DNA of 32,000 bases from an uncultured Chloroflexia bacterium (GTDB lineage Bacteria > Chloroflexota > Anaerolineae > Anaerolineales > Anaerolineaceae): positions 2,250,001 through 2,282,000 of the forward strand of contig OY969938.1 in the NCBI GenBank assembly GCA_963704755.1, in the 5' to 3' direction. The stretch's first letter is position 1. The number at the start of each line of letters is the position of its first letter. Both the position numbers and the translations under genes were made by a program. Shown here one piece after another: positions 1 to 8,525 of this stretch. The notes under the pieces were generated by a model. It was not told the origin of the DNA. It saw only the letters and a program-made list of their open reading frames with translations, and made no database searches.

Positions 1-3000
1 GAACCAGGCTCCGTTGGCCCCACCCGATTGGGAACTCCAGGTTTGCCAGGAGCCGTTATCCAACTGGTACTGGATATCGATGTGGTCCAGGCCCGATTGG
101 GCGTCCGATGCGCTCCAGGTCAGGTGGACCGCCGTGCTGGCGGTGGTGGACGGCAGCGTGTTGAGCTGCGAGGCCGGCTTGATCCCATCCACGGCCAGGT
201 TCAGGCGCATGTCGCCCCAGGTGTTACCGGCAAAGTCTGAAGCCTGCACATACAGGCCCCCGCCGGTCAGCCCGGATAGGCCGCTTGGGTCCACCGTAAT
301 GCCCCAGCCATCGCTGGGATCGCTGTCTTCGGCCAGGTACTGCCAGGTGCCGCTGACCCAATCCGACGAATGCCAGTAGAAATCGACCCGGGCCACGCCC
401 TGGTCGTCCGAGGCAGTTACGTCCACCTTGAACGGCTGGTTGGCGACCCAACCCTGGTTGGCCCCGCTGATGCTGACGCTGGGATGGGTGTTATCGTCCA
501 TCAAACGCAGGGTGTAAAAATAGTCCGGTCCACCCGAACCGGGGTAATCCCAGGCCTTGACCTTGAGGTAATACGTGCCGGTATAGGGCAGCACTGCTCC
601 CAAGAGCGGGTCCTGTTCGGTGTAGCGCACCCGGTCGTCGTTCTCGACGATCAACGAGCCGTTTTTATCCAGCAGGGTCAACACCGGGTCCATCTGCGAG
701 CCAATGTCTTTGGCCGAAACGGCCGCGGTGATGTGCTCGCCGGCCAGGCCGGTAAATTTGTAGTAATCGATATCGCCGGCCGGGCAAATGGTCTTGCCGC
801 TGAGAGTATTGCCCACCCCGATCGAGGTTGCCGTGGTCATGCTGTTGTCAGGCGTGGTCTCGGCGCAGGACTGGGCGCTATAGTCGCTGGTCACGTTGAA
901 GGAATTGATCAGCCAGCCGCTGCCGGTGTTCCACGAGCTGTCCAGGGTGTTGAAATAAAAGCGGATGCGCACCGTCTTGCCCTGGTAAGCCGAAAGATCG
1001 ATCGGCGGGGAGGTGAGGTCGTAATCCTGGGGATCGTCGTAAAGCTGCCCCAGCACCGGCAGGTCCTGGAATACACCCCCACCGACCGAAATCTGCACGT
1101 GGCGCTGGTCCCACAGAGCGCCGGTCGTTTCGGTATGGTAGTTATAGCCAAAGCGCAAATATGCACTACCGCTGCCGGGGATGGCAATGGGCGGGGAGGT
1201 CAGCGAGCCGGAATTGGCCCCACTGCCGGCGTAACTGGAGCCGTCCTGGTTGCCGTAGCGCCAGCCGTTGCCCACAAAAGTCCACAAGCCGTCGTGGACC
1301 CAGTCACCCGTGTCGCTGCTAAAGTCGGCCTGGTAAGGCGCGGATTTGGCCGGTTGGGAGGATAGAGAATTGTCCTGGGCGACCGTAAAGTACACCGGCC
1401 CGGTGCCGTTGGCCCGGCCGGCGTTATTCTTGGCCCAAATGCGGATGCGGTAGCGCTGGTCGTTCAGGCTGGCCGGCAGCGAGCCGATCGAGGCCCAGGG
1501 GACCTTGAGGTTATCCAGGCTGATAATGGGGGAGATGATGGCGCCGTTGCTATCGACGGTGGAAATCTCGATCTGATAGGTCGCCCCGCCGGGTACGGCA
1601 TAGCTATGGCTGGACGAATCCTGGATGCGCGGCAGCAGGGATTGGGTAGAAAGCACGCTAGAGTTGGCCAGCGGCTCGACCAGTTGCGGGCTGCCCAGGT
1701 CGCCCGAATTCATGCTGGTCGGCTGCACTTTGATCGACGAGACCGTGTCGACCCCGATCAGGTTGTCGGCCAGGTTGGGATCGCTGGTTTCCAGGGTCTC
1801 GTTACGGCCGGAATAGTTGTTGCCCTCGAACAGCACCACCCGTGTGGACGAGCCCACCTGGACCGAGGCCACCTGGTTGCTGCCCACCGACGAGCCGGCC
1901 AAATCCAGGTTGGGGATGGTCACCTCGAACCCGCTCTGGGCGAACTCACTGCACGTGCCCTGGTAATTAGCTTCAGTATACAGAATGATTTTAGTGGACG
2001 TCAGGGTACAGGCAGGCGGCGGCGAACAGGTATAGTTGTTCAAAATTGTACGCAGACCCTGGGGCAGGACGGTCACGTTGCCGTGGTTATCCCACACCTG
2101 TAAGGCGATGTCCACCGGGCCGCTGGGCACGCTGGCCCCGCACAGGTTGATCAATTCACTGAAGGGGTTAGCCGTCTGGGCCGGGCCGACATCGCGCCAG
2201 ATGCCGTCGGTACCGCGGGCGATCACCTGCATGTTGGTCACCTGCTGGTCATCCGCGCCGCTGCCGGCAACCGTGAGGGTGGAACTGGTCACCACGGTGC
2301 CCGCGGCCGGCTGGCTGAGTGTGCCGGTGGGCGGGTTGGTGCCGATGTTGCCCGAGACGTAGGTGCTGCTGCACGAGGAGGGGTTTTCGGCGCAGGTGCG
2401 CGGCCGGCCGCCATCGACGCTGACGTCATCGAAGGTAATGTCCACCGAGCTGGTCAGGTACGAGCTGCCGCTGGATTGCACCTGGAAGTGCAGGTGGCTG
2501 CCGCAGCTCGGCCCGGTGTTATCGACCGTACCCAGGAAGTCGCCCTGGTTGACCACCGCGCCGATGGTCTGCAAGCGGGTTGGAATGCTGTTGGCGGCCA
2601 TGTGCAGATAGAGCTGGTACGTGGTGGGAGTGGTACTTTTATCTTCCAGGACGATGTAATTACCGGTCGTGCCATCCGGCGGGCAAAGGCTTAAATCGCG
2701 GGTAGGGACGTCCATCTTGAACATCTTGACCGTGCCGCCCTTGGCGGCCAGGATCGACCAGTTGGGTACCCCGCCCACCCGGGCAAAGTCGAAGGCGTAA
2801 TGACACAAACCCGACGTACAGGAGGTTGAATCGTGGCTGATCGATTGGGTCAGCGTACCGGTTAGGGAGGCAGCCCAGGGCAGCTTATAGCCGCTAAAGG
2901 TCTGCTGGGTGCCATTTTCGTTGACCTTTTCGCCGGATGTAATGTAAGGCACGCGGACTTCCTGAGGCAGCAGGTCATCCGGCACCTGATCGAGCACGTT

Positions 3001-3384
3001 TTGCCAATCCGAATCGGCCTGCAAGGTCACCATCCAGGCCTGGGCGCCGACCTCGGTCTCGGTCAGGCGGGCGATCGCCAGGCCGGGTTCGCCGGGCACG
3101 GCCTCGCCGGTCTGCGGGTCGAACATGCCCAACCACAGCAGCGCCAGAGTGCCATCGGCGCTGTATTGCACATCCACAATGTGCACATCGTTGATCAGAA
3201 AGCCGAGTACTTTTGCGCCGGTATCATTGACCCGTGCCTGGAAAGCCTGCTGCAGGGTTGGGTCGATCGTTTCATTTTCGGGTGGGGGTTGGCTGGCCGC
3301 CAGGGCAACGGATGGATTCAAGAGGCCAGCCAGGAGCACGAACGCCAGCAAAACTGCCAGCGCGGATTGATTAAATCAATTCAT
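1..3384 (-). CDS. Secreted multidomain M23 (LytM-type) metallopeptidase. The C-terminal end lies beyond the window and the start is uncertain (in-frame TGA at codon 3).
   Basis: Not in the ORF track because it is open at the window edge. My reverse-complement translation from 3384 to 1 is stop-free after codon 3 (1128 codons in phase with position 1). It reads MN*FNQSALAVLLAFVLLAGLLNPSVALAAS (signal peptide). M23 motifs follow: HYAFD and GSHLHFQV. Then come a beta-gamma-crystallin-like segment (KIILYTEANYQGTCSEF...VVLFEGNNYSGRNETLETSDPNL), a MAM/immune-inhibitor-A-like segment and a PPC-type segment (CPAGDIDYYKFTGLAGEH...GTYYLKVKAW). An Ig/FN3-like tail closes the visible part. All plus-strand ORFs listed over 14..3441 are antisense artefacts of this gene. 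Confidence 0.8.
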
Positions 3385-3500
3385 CGGTCCTCCAAATCGC
3401 CGGTGACGTCCCAATTGGCAGAGAAAGAGCGATTCGTTTGAACACCAGGTAACAATTATCGTGCCAGTTTCCCCCCTGACAAGGGTGATTCTGCGTTAAA

Positions 3501-3560
3501 GGATATAGGGATAAATTCGTTTGCGGGGTTTCGCCCCGCAAACAAATCTATCCCTATATC
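3501..3560 (-). terminator. Long imperfect hairpin 4 nt after the holA stop. Candidate operon terminator and member of the GCGGG-TTC-CCCGC hairpin family.
   Basis: Arms are ggatatagggataaattcgtttgcgggg and ccccgcaaacaaatctatccctatatc, with 2 mismatches and apex tttcg. There is no clear U-run downstream on the minus strand. Confidence 0.4.
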
Positions 3561-3564
3561 TCCA

Positions 3565-4599
3565 TTAAGCCAAAGTTGCGATGAAGGTCTGCAAGGCGAT
3601 GACCGGGTCGATCTGTCCGGTCTTGATCATGCGGTCCATCTCCAGCAGGCGATGATAGATCTGCTCCAGTTTTACCAGGGTATAACGCGGCGCCTGGGCC
3701 AGCAGTTTATCCGCGACAAACTCATGCACGGAAAGCTGGCTCGCCAGGGTCTTCTTATCCACCCGGCCCGAGCGATCGATAGCTTCGCGCGCCAGCAGCA
3801 GCAGGCGGAACTGGCGGGCGATCATCCCGAACAGGCTGAAGGGGTCCTGCTCTTGCAGCAGCACGTCCAGGTTGCGCAAGGCCTGGCCGGCATTGCCCAC
3901 CGCAATCGCATCGACCATGGCAAAGATATCCGCCTGCCCGCCGGGAGTGGTCAGCTCCTGCACGTCTTCCAGCTCGACCGGGCGGCGATAATCGACATAA
4001 GTAAGCAGTTTTACGATTTCCTGATAGGCCAGGCCGGTATCCGGGCCGGTCGCCGCGGCCAGAGCCGCTGCTGCCTGGGGCTGAAACTGTCCGCCCGCCT
4101 GGCGTGCGCGGCCGACAATCCAGCCGGCCATTTCGTAAGCGGCCGGCGAGCGGCATTCCTTGGTATACACGCGCCCGGACTGTTTGGCAGCCCATTTCAA
4201 GATGAAGGCGCCGTCCTTGTTCATCAATTTCCAGCCGGCCCGCTTGCCCTGGAAGGTATCGGTTACGGCCAGCACCAGCGCGGTCGTCTCCGGCAAACCG
4301 TCCAGAAAGGCCTCGAAGCGCCCGCGGGCCTCGCTGGAGCCCAGGCCACTGGGAAGTCCGTGCACGATCACCAGGCGGCGTTCGGCCAGGAAGGGCAAAG
4401 CATAGGCGGCGTCCTGCAGGACGTTGAGAGACGCCTCTTTGCCTTGCAGGTGCGTGGTGTTCATCTCGGCCATGGAAGGGTCTCCTCCCATCTTGGCCTG
4501 GAGACTGCTCAAATTGTCCTCTATCTCCAGGGCATTATCCCCGTAAAACAGGTAGAGAACCGGTTTTTCGCTGGCAGGTTCGCTCAAGGCAGGCTCCAC
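3565..4599 (-). CDS. holA: DNA polymerase III delta subunit
   Basis: 344-aa ORF with a GTG start. The N-terminus PVLYLFYGDNALEIEDNL and the overall length are typical of HolA. It lies 14 nt downstream of the preceding minus-strand gene, so an operon is likely. Confidence 0.75.
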   Translation of the reverse strand: MEPALSEPASEKPVLYLFYGDNALEIEDNLSSLQAKMGGDPSMAEMNTTHLQGKEASLNVLQDAAYALPFLAERRLVIVHGLPSGLGSSEARGRFEAFLDGLPETTALVLAVTDTFQGKRAGWKLMNKDGAFILKWAAKQSGRVYTKECRSPAAYEMAGWIVGRARQAGGQFQPQAAAALAAATGPDTGLAYQEIVKLLTYVDYRRPVELEDVQELTTPGGQADIFAMVDAIAVGNAGQALRNLDVLLQEQDPFSLFGMIARQFRLLLLAREAIDRSGRVDKKTLASQLSVHEFVADKLLAQAPRYTLVKLEQIYHRLLEMDRMIKTGQIDPVIALQTFIATLA

Positions 4600-4613
4600 C
4601 GATCGGGCGCTGG

Positions 4614-5132
4614 TCAGCGGGTCAGCACCCGCTGGACGACCCAGTTGCCACGCACATAGCGGTCGATTTGCACCACCCGCAGGCCGGCCAGGTTGGCGTC
4701 GGTGGTAAAGCGCCTCTGCAGCGCCGGGCCTAGCGGTTGGGTCAGGATAATCACCAGGGTCACCAGGGCGGCCACCAGCGGCAGCCGGTCCAGGCGGCTG
4801 CGCAGCGAAGAACCGCTGCCCAGCATGCCCAACCAGGCGGCCACCCCGGCGATTACGCCGGTGGCGGCAAAGTTGGTGCCGCAGTTGGGGTGGATCGCCA
4901 GGTAGCTCTCACCGTTGTTCAAGCGCTGCTGGGCTTCATTGACCGCCTGCTGCAAATCATCGATGCCGACGTTGCCCACCACCCAAAACCCGCGCGGGGT
5001 AGAGTAGCCGGCCATGCGGCCAACCAGCCGGTTGCGCGCCAATACCTGTAATGTGGCGTGCTCCAGGGCATGGTTGCGCCGTACCAGAGAAATCGGGTTA
5101 GGAAAAGCCAGGTCCGGATTGTTATTGGTCAT
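4614..5132 (-). CDS. Conserved hypothetical membrane protein with an HxxxH...CGT metal-site-like motif (tRNA_SAD/AlaX-like)
   Basis: The ORF track gives 4614..5201. I prefer the ATG at 5132 (MTNNNPDL), which is preceded by GGAG 5 nt upstream. Motifs are RNHALEHATLQVL and HPNCGTN. Two hydrophobic segments are present (FAATGVIAGVAAWLGML and LPLVAALVTLVIILT). Confidence 0.6.
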   Translation of the reverse strand: MTNNNPDLAFPNPISLVRRNHALEHATLQVLARNRLVGRMAGYSTPRGFWVVGNVGIDDLQQAVNEAQQRLNNGESYLAIHPNCGTNFAATGVIAGVAAWLGMLGSGSSLRSRLDRLPLVAALVTLVIILTQPLGPALQRRFTTDANLAGLRVVQIDRYVRGNWVVQRVLTR

Positions 5133-5242
5133 CCGTGCTCCATAATTTTCTATTTTTGCAACCACTGCCTGAAAGGGCAGCATATTTATTGTACCCGCCA
5201 AATGGGCAGAATTTTAAGGAAAGGCTCGAAATTAAGAAAATA

Positions 5243-5388
5243 GGCCACAGATGGGCACGGATGGACACAGATAAAGATTTTTTAATTTTTCTGTGCGGGA
5301 TGCATTTCTCAATAGTTATCAAGGCCATTTCTGGAAGAAGCGAATAGATTTACAAAAAATCTGTGTCCATCCGTGTCCATCTGTGGCC
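5243..5388. repeat. Inverted pair of the 30-nt CCGTGG-type element around a 86-nt AT-rich spacer
   Basis: 5243..5272 is ggccacagatgggcacggatggacacagat. It is the reverse complement (29/30) of 5359..5388, atctgtgtccatccgtgtccatctgtggcc. Confidence 0.85.
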
Positions 5389-5397
5389 TTAAATTCT

Positions 5398-5802
5398 TCA
5401 ACGAACGATCCGTTTAATTTCCACCCTGGGCTTTCCGAAATTGATCAGCAAACACAAAGGCAGTTCGGTAGCTTTCAGGTAATTGATCCCCTGGGCCATG
5501 TGGATTTCATTCAAAGCCTTCACGGCTTTTATCTCCAGGATGACGAGATCTTCGACCAAGATGTCGGTGAAGAATTCGCCCACCACGATGCCGTCATAAA
5601 ACACCTGCAATGGGCGCTGTTGGTTTGCCTTCAAACCCGCCTTTTGCAATTCGTAAGCCAGGGCGTTCTCATATACTTTTTCCAGAAAACCGTTCCCCAG
5701 GCAATTGGAGACCTTATAGGCACATCCGATAGCTTTTTCGCTGATCGAATTGATCCGTTGGACAAACTGTGGCTCGAGCATTGAAAACCGGGTTGAATTC
5801 AT
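5398..5802 (-). CDS. GxxExxY protein (PD-(D/E)XK nuclease superfamily, the type associated with 23S rRNA intervening sequences)
   Basis: The translation contains GNGFLEKVYENALAYEL (the GxxExxY motif), DILVEDLVILEIKAV (D...ExK) and LLINFGKPRVEIKRIV. The ORF track start at 5841 lies inside a repeat. The ATG at 5802 has an AAGGGGA RBS 5 nt upstream. Confidence 0.85.
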   Translation of the reverse strand: MNSTRFSMLEPQFVQRINSISEKAIGCAYKVSNCLGNGFLEKVYENALAYELQKAGLKANQQRPLQVFYDGIVVGEFFTDILVEDLVILEIKAVKALNEIHMAQGINYLKATELPLCLLINFGKPRVEIKRIVR

Positions 5803-5826
5803 CACAGTCCCCTTAGAAGAAATTTT

Positions 5827-5910
5827 GACACAGATGTACACGGATGCACATAGATAAAGATTTTTAATTTTTTATCTGTGTCCATCCGTGTATATCTGTG
5901 GTTAATTCTT
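5827..5910. repeat. Second inverted pair of the CCGTGG-type element, with a short AT-rich loop
   Basis: 5827..5855 is gacacagatgtacacggatgcacatagat (minus orientation). 5874..5910 is atctgtgtccatccgtgtatatctgtggttaattctt (plus orientation). Confidence 0.8.
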
Positions 5911-5962
5911 CATCTGTATTCATCCATGCAATTCGTAACTACCCAGGCTTCTGTTAAAAAGT

Positions 5963-6019
5963 TCCCTAATTTTAGGTGTATGCGGGAACTTCGTTCCCGC
6001 ATACACCTAAAATTAGGGA
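5963..6019. repeat. Perfect 27-bp-stem hairpin with a TTC apex
   Basis: tccctaattttaggtgtatgcgggaac - ttc - gttcccgcatacacctaaaattaggga. The two arms are exactly complementary. Confidence 0.9.
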
Positions 6020-6048
6020 TTCTTCCCCATTAGGCTGAGCAGCTACGT

Positions 6049-6117
6049 TAATTCTTTATCTGTGTCCATCTGTGTGTATCCGTGGTCAATTCTTTATTTG
6101 TGTCCATCCGTGGTTGC
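6049..6117 (+). repeat. Two tandem CCGTGG-type elements overlapping the 3' end of radA
   Basis: ttaattctttatctgtgtccatctgtgtgtatccgtggtcaattctttatttgtgtccatccgtggttgc. The radA stop (6094..6096) and its last 7 codons (ATTDGHK) lie inside the second copy. Confidence 0.8.
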
Positions 6118-7533
6118 AAGCAGGGCCATTTTCAGCGCTTCGCGCAGGGACCGCGCCTGGAGAACCTCGATGCCTTCGGGGAAGGGTTCGCCGGCGCGCG
6201 CGCCACGCGGGATAATGGCGGTTTTGAAGCCCAATTTGGCCGCTTCGCGCAAACGCGCCGTCATATGGCCCACCCAACGCAGTTCGCCCGAAAGGCCAAT
6301 TTCCCCGATCAGCACCACGTCGGCGCGCACCGAGGCATCTTGCATGGACGAGGCTATGGCCGCGGCAATAGCCAGGTCGGCAGCCGGCTCGTTGATGCGC
6401 AGCCCGCCGACTACGTTAACGAACACATCCTGGTCGGCCAGGCGCAGGCCGAGCCGGCGCGTCAGCACGGCCGTGATCAGCAGCAGCCGGTTCAGGTCCA
6501 CGCCGTTGGGTGTACGGCGCGGGTTGCCCAGATTGGAAAAGCTGGTCAGCCCTTGCAGCTCCACCAGCAGCGGGCGGGTGCCTTCCATCGTCACCGTGAT
6601 GGCCGAGCCGGGCGCATTGACCATCCGCTCGGCCAGGAACACCTCGGACGGATTGGGCACTTCGATCATGCCTGACTCGCGCATTTCGAACACCCCCACC
6701 TCCGAGGTAGCCCCAAACCGGTTTTTGACCGAGCGCAGTAAACGAAAAGTCTGGAAGCGATCGCCTTCCAGGTACAGCACCGTATCGACGATGTGCTCCA
6801 GCACCCGCGGGCCGGCGATGATGCCTTCTTTGGTCACATGACCGATGACGAAGACAGCCAACCCGCTGCTCTTGGCCAGCTCCCGCAGGCGTGAAGAGCA
6901 TTCGCGTACCTGGGTGACCGTCCCGGCGCTGGATTGCAGCTCAGGGATGTACACCGTCTGGATCGAATCGATCACCACCAGGCCGGGATTGACGTCCTGA
7001 ACGTGTTCTAATATCACGTCCAGATTGGTCTCGGTCACCAGCAAGAGATTATCCGGGATCGGCCGCTCGGGCTGGTCCTCGTTGGGGCGCAGCAGGCGCA
7101 GCGCGCGCATCTTGATCTGCCTTTCGGATTCCTCGCCGGAGACATACAGCACGTTTTGGGTATCGTAATTTCCCCGGCTGAATACATAAGCCAGTTCGAT
7201 TGTCATTTGCAAGACCAGGGTCGATTTGCCAATGCCGGGGTCGCCGCCCACCAGCACGATCGAGCCGGGCACCACTCCACCACCCAGCACACGGGCGAAC
7301 TCGCCGATCGGCAGCGGCAGGCGTTCCTCGACGTCGCCGGAGATCTCGCCCAGGCGGCGCGGCTGCGAGCGCCCGACCATCCCGCGTAATGCGGATTTGG
7401 CCTGGGGGGCCGGTTCATTGATGATCTCCTCGACCATGGTTCCATAGCTGCCGCAAGAAGGGCAGCGTCCTAACTGGCGCGGTGCGGTCCGGCCACAATT
7501 TTGGCATACGAATCGGGTTTGAATTTTAGCCAT
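6094..7533 (-). CDS. radA: DNA repair protein RadA/Sms
   Basis: 479 aa. It has an N-terminal C4 zinc finger (CQNCGRTAPRQLGRCPSCGS), a Walker A motif (GDPGIGKST), a KNRFG motif and a Lon-protease-like C-terminal domain. Confidence 0.95.
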   Translation of the reverse strand: MAKIQTRFVCQNCGRTAPRQLGRCPSCGSYGTMVEEIINEPAPQAKSALRGMVGRSQPRRLGEISGDVEERLPLPIGEFARVLGGGVVPGSIVLVGGDPGIGKSTLVLQMTIELAYVFSRGNYDTQNVLYVSGEESERQIKMRALRLLRPNEDQPERPIPDNLLLVTETNLDVILEHVQDVNPGLVVIDSIQTVYIPELQSSAGTVTQVRECSSRLRELAKSSGLAVFVIGHVTKEGIIAGPRVLEHIVDTVLYLEGDRFQTFRLLRSVKNRFGATSEVGVFEMRESGMIEVPNPSEVFLAERMVNAPGSAITVTMEGTRPLLVELQGLTSFSNLGNPRRTPNGVDLNRLLLITAVLTRRLGLRLADQDVFVNVVGGLRINEPAADLAIAAAIASSMQDASVRADVVLIGEIGLSGELRWVGHMTARLREAAKLGFKTAIIPRGARAGEPFPEGIEVLQARSLREALKMALLATTDGHK

Positions 7534-7682
7534 GCGGTAATTATAGCGTAGGCGTTAGCGGGAATGGTTCGGATTGCTATGCCGTGAGGGGATATAAAAA
7601 TGAGCCCGGATATATTGGCCCGGCACCTGTTGGTGCTATCCGTCCTTCTATCCAGGCCGCCTGCAACCCAACCCCGCTCTGC

Positions 7683-8243
7683 TTATTGGGTGTGCAGCCA
7701 TTCGGATTGGACCAGGGCAAAGACCATATCGTCTTCGAACTTACCCCCAATGAAGTCGTGCTCGTGCAGAACGCCTTCCAGCTTGAAACCCAGGCCAAAC
7801 AGCAGGTTTTGCGAGCGGGTATCTTCCGGGTCCACCAACGCCTCGATACGGTGCAATTTCAGCCCGGTGAAGCCGTAATGCGCTACCGCCTGCAGCGCTT
7901 CACGCATAAATCCGTTTCCCCACTGGCGCGGCGCCAGGTCATAGCTGATTTCCGCCCGGTATTTTTCCCGCACCCAGTCGTGGAACCCACAGGTACCAAT
8001 CAGCAAGCCGGTCTCCAGGTCGAACACCCCCCAGCGTAAGCCCTTCCCATTCACGCGCATCTCTTCCATCTCGGCGATGATCGCCGCAGCCTGGGCCGGC
8101 TCGGCCAGGGTTGGAATACCGGTAAAGCGCGTGACCGTCGGGTCGGCATACAGCTCAAAGAGCCCCTGCGCATCCGCAGCGGTCAACTGGCGCAAAAGCA
8201 AACGCTCGGTTTCGAGGGTGGGAAAGTTCGACAGGATGTCCAT
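7683..8243 (-). CDS. GNAT family N-acetyltransferase (RimJ/RimL-like)
   Basis: TERLLLRQLTAADAQGLFELYADP is followed by the QWGNGFMREAL acetyl-CoA loop. I prefer the ATG at 8243 (MDILSNF) over the track start at 8336, which extends into a repeat tract. Confidence 0.8.
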   Translation of the reverse strand: MDILSNFPTLETERLLLRQLTAADAQGLFELYADPTVTRFTGIPTLAEPAQAAAIIAEMEEMRVNGKGLRWGVFDLETGLLIGTCGFHDWVREKYRAEISYDLAPRQWGNGFMREALQAVAHYGFTGLKLHRIEALVDPEDTRSQNLLFGLGFKLEGVLHEHDFIGGKFEDDMVFALVQSEWLHTQ

Positions 8244-8285
8244 GTGTAAATTGTACATTGCTAAAGTCAAATTTGCCAGTGGGTG

Positions 8286-8525
8286 GGGGAGGAGAGAATA
8301 GTGAGTGGGTGTCAAGGCAACGAGTTGATGCGGCAACGAGGAAATAGGCGGCCGGCGCTGGCCCTCATCCCCCGGCCCCTTCCCCCAGAACTGGGGAAGG
8401 GAAGCCTTGCCAGCCTAATCCACTGCCGGCCTCATCCTCCTCTTTCCTCATTGCCTCATTCACTCGTTGCCTTATTTCCTATTCTCTATTCTCTGCTCTC
8501 TAATCTCTCTTCCCTCTTCTCCCCC
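8286..8525. repeat. Composite repeat: heptamer-periodic tracts in opposite orientation around a small hairpin
   Basis: 8434..8524 reads as 13 heptamers that converge on TCTCTNN (tcctat tctctat tctctgc tctctaa tctctct). 8290..8345 carries the complementary vocabulary (gagaatag, ggcaacgag, gaaatagg). The central hairpin ccttcccccag-aa-ctggggaagg is at 8378..8400. Confidence 0.7.

Noticed and set aside
3376-3378. Alternative genetic code (TGA as a sense codon) to explain the TGA at codon 3 of the M23 gene
   Set aside because: TGA ends the FHA-domain gene (24132..24134, with the coupled ATGA overlap) and the GxxExxY gene (5398..5400) at sensible positions. No other long ORF in the window requires TGA readthrough.
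14-3441. Plus-strand ORFs from the track (14..379, 370..1365, 1606..2103, 2036..2362, 2363..2611, 2476..2694, 3001..3441)
   Set aside because: They tile the antisense strand of a continuous 1,128-codon minus-strand reading frame that has clear M23, crystallin-like and PPC motifs. Their translations are low-complexity G/R/A/V-rich strings typical of high-GC antisense frames.
3652-4659. 335-aa plus-strand ORF opposite holA, and the similar 146-aa ORF at 3755..4195
   Set aside because: These are antisense or alternate frames of a recognisable holA. They are Arg/Gly/Gln-rich with no motifs.
5122-5347. 68-aa and 70-aa ORFs between the HxxxH-motif gene and the GxxExxY gene
   Set aside because: They span the inverted CCGTGG-type elements and the AT-rich spacer. 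They show no coding signature and overlap each other on opposite strands.
6062-6841. 259-aa and 197-aa plus-strand ORFs opposite radA. The same pattern occurs opposite the PP2C, FHA, MCP and aminotransferase genes (for example 23122..23883, 24219..24965, 24319..25149, 27992..28714, 30106..30861).
   Set aside because: In each case the opposite strand encodes a protein with unambiguous family motifs. These are high-GC shadow ORFs.
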